A program made the position numbers and the translations under genes. The notes beneath the pieces were generated by a model, which was not told the DNA's origin, searched no databases, and saw only the letters and a list, made by a program, of their open reading frames with translations. A stretch of 48,225 nt of DNA from Asterionella formosa (lineage: Eukaryota): assembly GCA_002256025.1 (NCBI GenBank), contig NKIB01014023.1:1-48225 (forward strand). Direction: 5' to 3'. The first letter of the stretch is position 1. The number at the start of each line of letters is the position of its first letter. Below are positions 1 through 12,217 of this stretch, piece by piece.

Positions 1-233
1 GATGAGCCAAACCACATTACTCTAAGTGGTACATTATCCTACCAAGAAATTTAAATAAAGGAACCTAAAAGAAACAATACAAATAATAATTAAATTTCCA
101 TAGTCAAAAGGGTTACTATTTAAATTATGAGGGCATTTATCAAAATAATTAGATGATATAACGAAAAATTATGATCAGATGATCATGATCCTATGATACA
201 TCATGGGAATATGATAGTTTTTATTTGCAGACA
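1..233. mobile_element. DNA transposon terminus (end type A) finishing in ...TTTTTATTTGCAGACA; element extends left of the window
   Basis: Near-identical to the reverse complement of 35411..35646. The terminal 23 bp (211..233) match 9954..9976 at 22/23. Confidence 0.8.
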
Positions 234-802
234 ACATCAATCAACCGTTCCACCAAAGTCATTTATAACTTACAACAAAACTGTTTGATCAAAATTATCC
301 TGAAAGATTAAAAAACAAACACTTGTCAATGATGTTCTAACAGTGGTTCATTGATCCAACAAGAGCATTCACAATTTTTTTGTCGACATTGGTAATGTTC
401 CGCTGAATGCAAAATGTGCTTTTGAATAGCTAGGGAAGGAAGCAATCATTTAGTCTTTGTGAACCCAACAATTGATCACCTTGGCATGTGCTCTTGACAT
501 ACCATAGCTAGATTCCATTCATTCTTGATGCATGATATCACATACCGGTATCCTCAACAACCAACCATCACGCTCATTGTCATATCGTTTTTCCTTGTTA
601 TAGCTATATTTATGCCGGCATGTGTATTGTGTAAACACTACGCTGGCGGAACATGCATATTACAATGTGCTCTGTTCAACAATTACTACACTCGGTTACC
701 GTCACATCAGCTGAACCTCCACAGCCAAGCGCCGCAAAAAGCTCCTCGTTTCCCTTCCACTGTTTTACATCATAGTCTTCTGGCCCTTTGAAAACTTTCC
801 AA

Positions 803-2882
803 ATGTCATGTCGTGGATTTCATGCAAAGGATCAGTCAAACAAGAAACGTGACTTACTTCCATTGTTTACACTACACGACTTTATGTTTTCGGAAAAGAA
901 GATGAAGAATCTTATGAAATCAATCGAAGATTTGCTCCTTTGAATACACTCAAAGATCAGATGAATTTGAACCCATTCATAATACTCCAGAAAATATCAT
1001 GAAGTATGCTGATACAAAAGTGGCGGAGATTGAAAAGAAGGAAAGATTGCTTTCGAAGAGGAAACCCAAACAGTTGTTCTCTGCGGATGAAGACTCTATT
1101 CCTACAGAGTCACAGTTCCATCCAGTGTCGTATTTTGCTCATTCTCCTGAAATCGCTGATAATTAAGAAGAACTCAGTGATTCTCATTCATTTGATGAAC
1201 AAGCACATACGATGAATGAAAATACCGGCGGAAATGTGGGAGACATCACTTCTGAAGTAGAAATGGTTGAAAAATTGCAAAACCAAGAAATATGTCTCAC
1301 TATTCGTCCAGAACATCAAGATGAACATCATGAAAGCAGAGAAACTATTGCATTTCTAAAAGAAAAGGTATTCAAGAAAAAGTCCGAGCTAGATCAAGAC
1401 CCTAAAAATATTAGGATTTCTTTGTAAAATCATCGAGAACAATCCTGAAGGCAGCTAGCCTACTTTTGTGAAGAGTCAGCATGTGAAATGTGTAGAGTTA
1501 TTATGCCAAAGCAAACTGCATTTTCCTTGAGTTTGCCGAAAACTCATGGACAACTAAAATTGTGGAATTATTTGTACACACGTACCCCACAAGAAATATG
1601 CAAGTACGCCTCTGTATTTTATGGAGTCAAAGGTGGTATCAAAAAATCATCTTAAGACTTTAAAGATCTTGCATATTGGGACCTTGAAACAATTACCTCT
1701 ATGATCTATTATATAATTCATGAACTTCATCCAAATGATGTAAAGGTTATACTATATTTGATCTGGATGAGAACCCAGAAAAGGGCAATGACAAACCGCA
1801 TATATACCAAGGTGATTGTCATCCACTTCATCATGACAGTAACTTCTGTATGTGCTAATTGTTTATTGCAAAAGATCAGATGAGGAGGACAAGAACCATT
1901 TTGTGCATTACCTTTTTGCTATGAATGATGGATTATGTCAAGTCCGTGATCCAGGAAAAGATGCAAGTTTGGATGAGCGAACATTATGATCAAGTATTTC
2001 ACCTTGCCCGTAAGTACTGCATCATCCTGGATGCACGAAACAATTGGAATTGTTATGCACCGATACAGGATATCTTCCACAAGAATCCCATACACCTGAA
2101 GAAATTGGTTTATCGGAATCTTTATATACTGGCACCAAAGCACCATTGCAGATCATAATGGCCACTGAACATGATTCCATGTTATTTCAACCAGAAGATG
2201 ACAGTGGATGGTCATGTGGACCATTTACAAATGGGAAAGTATTGGAAACTCTATTGCAAATAGAAAGGAATGGCAAAACAAAATTTCTTGGCAACCGGGC
2301 ACGCACAATTTTCCGCTTGGCGACGGAGTCCTAGAAAGTTTTAAAACGTCAGGTGGTAGCAACTGATCGAACAGACGATTTGTTATCTTTTACATCTGAA
2401 CCACCAACCAAGTCAACATACTTTCATCTTGGAATAGTTTGGCATCAAGTGACAACGACAAGCAAATTCTCGTGAGGATATGTTTCAGTTGGAAATGATT
2501 GTTCTTCAATTTTGTATCGACAAAAATTTGAGCTCCTATTTAGATTTAAAAATGTTGAACGAAGTATTTGGACGCTTTCCTTGCAATTAATCATTCAAGA
2601 AGGATGATGTTGTCAACGTGAAATCCATGATCCAACAAATGAATGAAAAAGTTGCTCCCTTCAAATGGTATAATCATGCACCTCTTGGCCACATTTCTGG
2701 ATGCATCAAAATTGACAAAAAAGTTGAATAAATATTTTTTAACTGATGATAGCCCTTCTGGAATCAAATTGAAAAAGTTAACAGACTCATATCGAACTGC
2801 AGGTGAAAAGTGGAGAAGAAAAATTTCGGACGAAACGAGAAGGACCATCTTAGCTTCTTTGGGATTGAAAAAGAACAAATGA
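803..2882 (+). pseudogene. Frameshifted transposon cargo ORF with Cys pairs and a degenerate 2OG-Fe(II) dioxygenase-like segment (2044..2334)
   Basis: Chain of same-strand ORF fragments. Segment LLCTDTGYLPQESHTPEE...PLQIIMATEHDSML...LQIERNGKTKFLGNRAR parallels LLHT..PQEPHFD...PWGLDMPL...FFMQGDT..VHAG in 38826..39527. Converges on the transposase. Confidence 0.5.
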
Positions 2883-2889
2883 TGGACCA

Positions 2890-5800
2890 TTGGGATCATC
2901 CAATCTCATCATTCCTTAGGACATTGTAGTTTATGAAAACCTTCTAATAAGGTAACTAGAACGTAGTTGGCCCGCCCCTTCGGTAAATCAGGATGAACCA
3001 ATTGAGACAAGGGTGCATCCTTACTCCGGGATACATGCCCAATCTTATTAGGGACACCTGCTATAGTCCATAGACTATTTGATGATGAATCAGAGAATTG
3101 AACTTTAACAGGAAGGGATGGTGAATGGATCTTGGCTGGTAGGCGATGATATTACCAAATTATCAGGCGACAACCTAGGCAACATCCTTGTATCCGGAAT
3201 CATTCCTTCGAAATCAATTTCTGTTGAAATACCCTCAGTTACATTGATATGTACTACTTTGCTCATCTTCTTTGGTTTGTTTTCTGTATGTAATGAATCA
3301 CTTGCCAAAAAAGTTCCAAGGAAAACTGCCTTGTTTCAAATGACCTTGTTAAAATGTCATGCTTTAATCGATGTAATTGTCCATTGACACGCTTACTGAG
3401 TTGCTAGTTTCAATTTTTCTTTCAAAAAAGACTCCAAATATCCACCAAAGAAATTAAGAGGAGATCCGAACTTCCTAGTCAGATGAAGGTAATGTTTCAT
3501 TCCATGAAATTTTGCCATTTGTAAGCCAGCCAATTTGAGATATCATTTCCCGTTGGGGACCAATCATAATCTTAGTAACTGAAATAAATCTCTCTCTTAA
3601 CCCTTTCCTCTAAAATATCAATACATTTTGATGTATATTGCGGTTTGAATAAAGTGTCATTGTGTCATTGATAGATATACATAACCATAACTGCAATTTA
3701 AAATCCTTTTCTAGGTGCATGTTCTCTGAACCCGCCCATCATTCCACCCATTGAAAAAATAGTTAACAGACATAATCCGGGAATTTCTTGCCCTGACATT
3801 TTTGACAAAGCTGTCATCCCAGATCTGTATGACAATTTTGGAATATCACGATCGCTTTGCCTTTCCAAATGACTATTGATATATCTAGCACTTTGTTCTT
3901 AACTTTTTAACATCTGACACTTTATGACGTTCACATCCAATATCGGGATTAACAGCATCTTCAGTTGAAACCAGAGAATCACGACAAACATATCGTCGAT
4001 ATAATCCATTACCACCCCTGAAACCACAAATTTTGTTAGGTGTGATACGTGGTAATTTTCCATTGGGATTTGCATTTTTGTCAAGAAATTTGTTTAAAAA
4101 CTTTTTAACATCTGACACTTTACGACATTCACGTCCAATATCAGGATTATCAGCATCTTCAGTTGAAACCAGAAAATCACGACAAACACATTGTCGATAT
4201 AATCCATTACAACCCCTGAAACCACAAATTTTATTAGTTGGGATACATGGTAATTTTCCATCGGGATATGCATTTTTGTCAAAAAAAATTGTTTAAAAAT
4301 TTTTAACATCTGACACTTTACGACGATCACATCCAATATCGGGATTATCAGCATCATCAGTTGAAACCAGGCAATTCACGACAAACATATCGTCGATATA
4401 ATCCATTACCACCCCTGAAACCACAAATTTTGTTAGGTGGGATACATGGTAATTTTCCATCGGAATTTACATTTTTGTCAAAACATTTGTTTAAAACAAT
4501 TTTTAACATCTGACACTTTACGAAGTTCACATCCAATATCGGGATTATCAGCATCCTCAGTTGAAACCAGGCAATCACGATAAAAATATCATCGATATGA
4601 TCCATTATATGCTCTTCTGTATCACCAATGATCATTCCAATCTGGACATAAACTTTGGTCATACCAAGACCATGAACCCAAATATCGTACTATGACTTGT
4701 TGCGACAATAGAAATCCTGTAACAGAATGGTATAATTTGAGTCGACATAAGGACAAGTTGTCACCAGATAACTTATTATTCATTTGTTTCTCTAGATCAC
4801 TGACTTCAATGTCTGGCAAAAGAGATGCATACCAATTGCCATCCATCAACTTTTTTCATTCCTTCCTTCTAACGTTAAGTTTAACATTGTCAACAAAAAC
4901 GGATGCTCGGAATGTTTCATTTGTTTGTCAATAGGTGAACCATCACTAAAAACTGCTAGGGCAACAAATAAACACCCTGTCTTGACTTCAACACTCCATT
5001 TTCCGATGCAGGAGAATTGTTGAATGCATTTTCAAACCAAGTTGCGGAAAGAACTTCGTCATATATGCATTCTCTACAAGTTGTAAGTTTCAGTTGTGGG
5101 TGACATACAAAATGTTGCATGATATCGAAATCGCGTAGCAATCCTGCCATGAGCTGTACTGGTTAGAAATAATGGAGTGTGTGTAGGATGATCATGTTTG
5201 AATTGTTATCAATCTGTATTTGTTTGTTCAACAGTTGACAACCAGCTTATGTTGGTGGAAATGAAATATCCATGCGTTTTTTCGAAGTCTGGTAGGATGG
5301 AGCTTGATACCTTCCATCAAAATATTTCATTGCTTTTGCCTTGAACAGCCAGTTCATTAGATGATCAAAGTAAACTGGTGGAAGGTAATTCTCGTTAAGG
5401 AGTCACATGAGTTCTAATTCGATTGGATGCATGTTTAGAGAATGTTTACTTGGAAGTTGAAATTGAGGAGGAAGGGGCATTTCCATTGCATTTTCAAGGA
5501 GAAAGCCGGTGCGATCTTGAAAATCTGAATATTGCATGGTTTCTGAATTCAATCCTTGGAGAGTTTTTAGTCTCAATTGTTCGTCCTGTTGTGACTGAAT
5601 ATTGTTATAAACTGAATCGTCGCTGTCGTCGTGAAGTGGATGATTGTGGTAACTTGATTCAAGGATAGGACACATAATCTCTTCTTGTCTAATCTCCCTA
5701 AATGCTGCAGCAGTTACACTGCCATCATTAACTTCTTTCCTTGAATGATTAGATGCACTACCGCAATACATAGTTTCATTATGTATTCCAGGAACTCGAC

Positions 5801-5905
5801 GTTCTTGCATGCAATGTCGACAGTGACCATATGCATAAAAAAACGGTTGCTATAATTTCGACAGTGAGTACACAGATAACACCATTGCAATGTCCGCAAA
5901 GACAT
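2890..5905 (-). pseudogene. Degenerate Plavaka-like (CMC/EnSpm-related) transposase
   Basis: Motifs read across frameshifts, in order: N-terminal CxxC, ELMxLLNENYLPPVYFDHLMNW, YDEVLSATWF, PLAVFSDGSPID (D1), LYH, MIIGDTEEH (D2), CG..CRxC..DNP..C, RQSDRDIPKLSYRSGMTALSKMSGQE, KFHGMKHYLHLTRKFGSPLNFFGGYLE (E, ~3433). Confidence 0.8.
3901..4605. repeat. Tandem repeat, ~198-bp unit, ~3.5 copies, inside the transposase
   Basis: TTTTTAACATCTGACACTTTA recurs near 3904, 4102, 4300 and 4500. On the - strand the unit encodes ICGFRGGNGLYRRYVCRDxLVSTEDADNPDIGC... Confidence 0.95.
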
Positions 5906-6299
5906 TGCAAATTTGAAATGATTACCAAGTCAGGATATGATCAGGATAGAATGAAAATGAATTAATAACAATAAATTTATCATCACTCCGAACATGCTGT
6001 GCTGGACAATACAGAGTTGTGAAATTATCACTCCACCATGGTAGTAAAAATGGAGGTATACCTCTACATATAGTACAGGCGTAGTGCAGCGTCAATGTTT
6101 TCTTAACACCTATGATATTAGAAGTCTCACACTAACTATATTTAATATTTAACTACTTAGTATGCATTGGATTCTATTAGATCCATTCAAAATCAACATT
6201 GTCATCAATGTCCCGTTGATTAATGCGGTCATTGTAAGCATTATTCTTCTCAGGAACCTTTAGTTGAAGTGGTTCAACATGCATGCATATTGATGCATA

Positions 6300-7816
6300 T
6301 CTTCTTCACTTACGTTGGGAATTGAGAAGTATGAGTGTGGGTAGATGATATTTGTGGTGGAAGTAGCAATTCAACTAGGATTCCTGCCTTTCATATTCAG
6401 ATCGATTCTTTTGTGAAAGTCCAGTGTAGATTTCCTTATAATAACCGAGTAAATCATCAGTTCATTGATCAGTGAGACCATTTGAAACTGAACTTTCGTT
6501 TTTCACACTTTTTTTGATAAGTGGTTTCCCACCAATGTCGACAAAATCAGTAGAATGACGAATATTGTTCTCTGAAATTTCCTGCATATCTGGATTGAAA
6601 CCCAAATACTTTTTTGCAATCGGAATTTTTCTTTCAGCACCAAGAAGCAAAATGCTTCTGTACTGGCGTTTATCAGCGAACCAACAAAACGTGATTGCAA
6701 TTCACACTGTGCCCAAAGACTCAGTTGAAATTTTGTCACACCAGATTTGTCTCCTTTTAACAATGGATCTCCACGGCTTGTCCTGCCTATAAAATACACC
6801 GGAGCAAGAACATCACGTAAGACTTGGTATCCTTGGCTTCCCCTGTCAATGTCCTTTGACTGCGCAAAACAATAAAGCGTCAACGCCCACCTAATAAAGT
6901 CATCAATATCCATAGTCTGGAAGTTAGCTATATTCTGTTAGACCAGCTGGTGTGTCATGAATTATGTTAGCATTTTTAAATTCAAACATATTTGATAAGA
7001 ATATAAGAATCACCGACTCAAAACATCATGCTTTTGGAGCATCTCCCCGCAAGAACTTACCTAAGATTCCTTTAAATTGATTATTCAATACATTCTGACA
7101 GTCTCTCAACTTTTTAATGCACATGCCACCAAATGTTGATTTAATATAATCTTAACATGCCTTGTTGATATGTTTAATGGTCTGATTCATCCGAAGTAGG
7201 CAGTGCATCAGAACCATTCCATATGAAATCGGCAAGCTCTGGGTCACTCTCCACTTCTTTGCCTAACCCCGGTTTTACTGTGCATAGCCGAGTTAGGCAA
7301 CATTGGGCAAACCAATCCTGTTGTGATTGGAAATGCCTTTCATACTACTTGGACTAGAGAGGGCGGGATGTTTGATTCTCTTTTGGGACCAGAAAAAAGC
7401 ACATTAGATTGATATTCTATTTTACAGTGCCTGCAATTCACGAACTATAAACTCAAACTTACATGTTCACAGCAAAACTTCTTGGTCTTAAAAGCAAAAA
7501 AACTCACAACCTTTGTTACAATTGATGGTTCAATTTTAGCTAAGCGGAAACGACGTTCTGATAAGGCTGCTGAAATTGAAGATTCTTGATAACCTTGTAT
7601 GGACGAGTTTTGAACCAAATTCGAATTACGACCTTTGTAGTGATTGAGTTCATTGACCAATTGATAATATCCTTGTTGGTCCGTGCGATTAGAAAATTTA
7701 TGATATGGTACCATGTCATCCATCTGCATCCGGGAGTTATTAATGGTATCATCGACAGGAGCCATTTTTCTTGTAACAACAACTGAAAAAAACATCATCA
7801 TTGCTTTCAGTATCAA
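6300..7816 (-). pseudogene. Degenerate transposon accessory ORF (EAF.LLVLEN-type), probably spliced
   Basis: LINASTEAFCFLVLKEK (6503..6913) matches DKAYALLVLENSW (41289..41663). Upstream fragment 7445..7816 runs into a GTAAGT donor-like site. Boundaries approximate. Confidence 0.5.
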
Positions 7817-8236
7817 TTACGGGACCCTTTGTACTAGTAGTAGCTGATGGTGTCCCCATCGACAATGGGGTAGTACCCCCACTAACTCCCTGTCACCGAT
7901 TGGGTTCCTTTGGATAATCGCCGATTCGCTTTTTCTTTGTCAACTCATTTTGGTAGTTGCTTCTTTGTTCCATACCGGCAGTATTTGCCACATGTCGCTT
8001 GTTTCCTTGAAACTCTTAACGGTTTTTTGAAGACATTGCTTGTACTACTAGATAACTGTTGTCGTTGTCTTGCTTAAGTTCGATGATCTTAAAATCAGGT
8101 GTTGCTACAATGAAATGAATCATCAGCCACTGCACAAATATTTTACACTGTCTAGATATGATACCATAAAACCAACAGTGCTATTTACATTATCAAATAT
8201 AAAATCAGAACCAAGTTTGAGTAATAGCATATCTTG

Positions 8237-8697
8237 TTTTCAATTATTCGATTATACGATCCTGAAACTATGATGATTTACTGTCCCGCTGTAGTAGCAA
8301 CAGTCCTGAACATATGGTGATCTGTTGCTAGCTTACTACTCCGACTACTTTCTTTCAATTTTACGAGCATGCGATCTGAAACTATGATGATCTACTGTTT
8401 CGCTGCAGTAGCAACAGTCATGTACATATGGTGTTCTGTTGCTCGCTTACTACTCCGACTGTCCTTTTTCAATTTTGCAATCATACGATCCTGAAACTAT
8501 GATGATTTACTGTCCCGCTGCAGTAGCAACAGTCCTGAACATATGGTGTTCTGTTGCTAGCTTACTACTCCGACTACTGTATCCATTTTCAAATTTACGA
8601 TCATACAATCCTGAAAATTTGATAGTTTACTGTCCTGCTGCAGTAGTAACAGTCCTGAACATATGGTGTTCTGTTGCTTGCTTACTACTCTGACTAC
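8237..8697. repeat. Minisatellite, ~114-120-bp unit, 4 copies
   Basis: TACGATCCTGAAACTATGATGATTTACTGTCCCGCTGCAGTAGCAACAGTCCTGAACATATGG variants start at ~8255, 8370, 8484 and 8604. Confidence 0.95.
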
Positions 8698-9953
8698 CCC
8701 CAGTATATAATTTCCTACCTGTTACTGGTACTCTGTATATATATGATAAAATGTTATTGTTATATGATGTACAAATGAAGAACTCCCCCAAAAAGGGGCT
8801 TAAATAATTTGCTACCAAATGACAAGGAAAGTTTATGCAAGCAATAACGAAAAACATTGTGGCTTCGACACATTGCGCCTTCGAAGGATGGAGTATGTTT
8901 AAGGTAATGAAGCCATCAATGTGGTATTTCGATGACAATCGTTGGGAGGCAGGACAACAACAAATTGTGAACTAAACGCACATTTCCTTTTTTCTCAGTT
9001 GATTCAATAGCTCGTTTTGCTTGTTAGGGAGCACCGATGTGAAACAAAACAAAATTGGTAAGTGCTCTTGTCATAGGATCTATTACTTCTGTTGGAACAT
9101 AACTGACGGAAACATTTACCTTCTCTCAAAGTTAAGCTAACGAAAAATGAATCGGTAAGTTTTATCCAGCAACATTGGAAACCTGAAACTTACTTATTCA
9201 AGAATTTACTGACAATTTACTACAACAGAGTTATGCATCACTTGCTTTGATTTGGCTGTGGTAAGTGAAGCAAGCAAGAGGAAACGATGGAATGGCGTGA
9301 TGTTGTAACAGTGTAACATGTCTAGCTAACAAGTCATTCCTTCTCATTGTTACTGTAACTGAATAGGACAATAAAACTGATCAAACAACGACGGAATAGT
9401 CGGCGAGTTCAAAATGACACTAACAGCAGGGAAAGAGACGCAACATTACTAAGGCACTGCTTGGCACAAGATTCAGAATAGAGAAAGAAAAGGGCGAGAC
9501 AAGAATATACATTGAGACAAGTGGAGAGGAGAGAAACATTCCTCGGGTAGCTGTCGAAACAGAAATATCATTGCTAAATTTGTTAATTAAATTACGATCC
9601 ATTCCAATCCTTTTTGAACAATGCTTGTGATTAGAATTATGATCATATTTAAGATAGATTAACGATGAAACAATTCACATGATAGCATAGAGTTGAGCTG
9701 ATTTTAGGATACGTTGTAGTAATAACTTACATCGGGCGATCACAAGAAGTGAAAATAATATGAGAAGGTTTATGATATTGATGAGAAAGGTTGTTGAACA
9801 GTAGATATACATTGTGTGATGATAATGTTCTTATTATCATTATACTTCAAGGTCGGTAAAATATTAATAAATCATCATAGTTACAAGATACCTTGATCAT
9901 AGTTTTGATCCAAAAATTATCATATATACGAAAATCCTGTGTCACTTAGATGC

Positions 9954-9976
9954 ATGATACTTTTTATTTGCAGACA
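9954..9976. mobile_element. Terminal inverted repeat (end type B), probable right end of the left Plavaka-like element
   Basis: ATGATACTTTTTATTTGCAGACA is 22/23 identical to 211..233, but the subterminal sequence differs. Confidence 0.7.
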
Positions 9977-10403
9977 TACGTATTTTGAACTAGAGTTGAA
10001 TTAGTCAACCACATTATTTAAAAAATATTTAATCAGTTGAACAACCTTAAGAAAATTTGCTAGTTGAATGAAATTCAGAAAATTGCGTGATCAAAATTAT
10101 AGAATTACGTGAATAAATTATATTACGAAATTATAAATTTATTGAACAAATTTATGAATTACGTGAAATATTTTAGAGTGAGCCAGGTGAAGTATTTTAT
10201 AAATTACGTGAACAAATTTTACAAGAACATGAAGTGTTTCAAATAAATACGTGATGATTATTTAATATTGTAGTAATGATCAGGAATACTCTGTTTAAAT
10301 TATTAACGTGATTTTTTCAGATATCATATTGATATATTCAATAAATGCATTTTGATGTATTCAAATAAATCATATGTTTCATTCAAAATCAACTAGGCTT
10401 ATT
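9977..10403. mobile_element. Orphan transposon end with short subterminal repeats (TAGTTGAA, TTACGTGAA)
   Basis: Direct, diverged homolog of 43915..44313. Both end in CATTCAAAATCAACTAGGCTTATT. Confidence 0.7.
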
Positions 10404-12217
10404 CACCACCTTGAGGGCCTCCACAAAATACTCATCTTGGATGTAGTACTGTAGTATGCATGTCCCTACTACTAAGCAAATCACTGTCTGCAAACTGTTT
10501 GTGGACGCTGTTTGCAGCTTTGCCTTTTTATCTCCCAATAGCCTCATTCATAATTCATGTGGCGTTGTTGAGGAGAACTAGGACGACAATAATTAAAGCC
10601 TGAGTAGGAATTATGACACCATAAAAGCAGATCACACCTTGCAAGAGCTTGCAATTACCAAAGTTGACATTGTTGGACTGGTGATTATTATTCTGCCCCG
10701 AAAAAGCAGATAACATAAAGTAAGTAGTAGGAAAATAATATTGTAGTACTATAAACAGAGTAAATTAATCTTGGTTCATATACAGGAATGGAATGAAAAA
10801 TATGCACTACAAGAAGCCGCTATGCGGCAATCTTAATTCCTTTGGAAAAATAGAATCATCATGGCTCAATACACCGAATCAAAACTGATTACTTAGTGGT
10901 TGAGTTGAGTGCATAGTTTGAGTTGAAAGCATAGTCTAACATAATCTTCGTACTTGTATCAAGTTTCGATTGTAGTATTGTTACTTAAATACTTTCAGTT
11001 GGGCGGAATTTAGAGTAAAATTATGGTGGCTAAGTCCATTTTTTAAATGGTACACTACCTGATATTTAGTTGAGAATGAATACAGTAGCGCTAGCTAATA
11101 AGTGAAGATATATAATGGGTATACAGACATGGAACACTTGCCATGTGCAGATAGGATTCAGATGCTGGGGCACTTACCGATATATCACGTTTCGGCCTTG
11201 ACACTGTAGATTGGTATCACGCCAATCTCTAGATACTCTCCGAATTTTGAGAGAACAAGAAATTGGGGGTCTCGTTTAGGTACTTTGATTATCAAACTTC
11301 TTCGTCTAAAGTATATAATTGCTTTCTGGTAATCATTTCTTGAGAACCCCTCCTATAACCACAGGATTCATCCCTGAAAACATGTGTCATGATTCGAAAT
11401 TTGGGCTTTAGTATATTGCTTTGCAAATTTGTTAAAAACGTGATAACTACAATTTTATCCTAAATAGATTCAAAGCAAATATTATGAAAATTCATAAAAG
11501 TCGAACACACAATGACATCATCATGCATTGTCCTCTGGTGATGTTTGCACTGGCGTTTATCAAAGAAGGTAATTGTGCAAGTGTTGAATTGGGCAAGAGA
11601 AATGTACTTTTGGCTGTACACACTTGAATGGATGAAAGTCGGACTTGCGTGTGAGGAAGTTGTCAATTTTTGGTTACTAGTACTAGTTAAAAGGGAATTG
11701 GTTGATTACTGATTGTTCTTGTTGCCAGGAACATCAGCTTTTAATTTTTATGTCAATCAGCATCCTGATTTATGTTTTCTTTATACATGTATTTGTGTGT
11801 ATGTTTTTTTGATTCATTCATGGTCTTGAAACAAATGTAATGGCTATTTAATTACTGCATACAAGTATAAAGTGACCATCGGTTGTTACATGTATTAGTG
11901 TCTACATATACTCTATATAGTTAGTACGAAATGCCGGTAACTATGACTATTTTCAAGTATTTCTACCGGCATGAAAGTACCGCTAGATACTTCATGACCT
12001 AATACACATATGTCATAAAAATGATTATATATATTAAGACACGAACATAAATCCATCATTGCAACGATCGAGTTGAAATTTTGATCTTTTGCGTTGCTTT
12101 GATTGTGTCGTCAAACACTCGATGTTCACTTGCAAAAGTCGGCGTTTTCTCTGCTGAGCAAATATTCAATTACCGGTAGTATCTTCGGTCATCATAAAAT
12201 ATCATAAATATAAAAAA

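Noticed and set aside
3901..8697. Tandem arrays as CRISPR
   Set aside because: The units are homologous over their full length with no unique spacers, no cas genes are present, and the context is eukaryotic.
1..9976. LTR pair bounding a retroelement
   Set aside because: The two ends share only ~23 terminal bp, and the interior encodes a DNA transposase with no RT.
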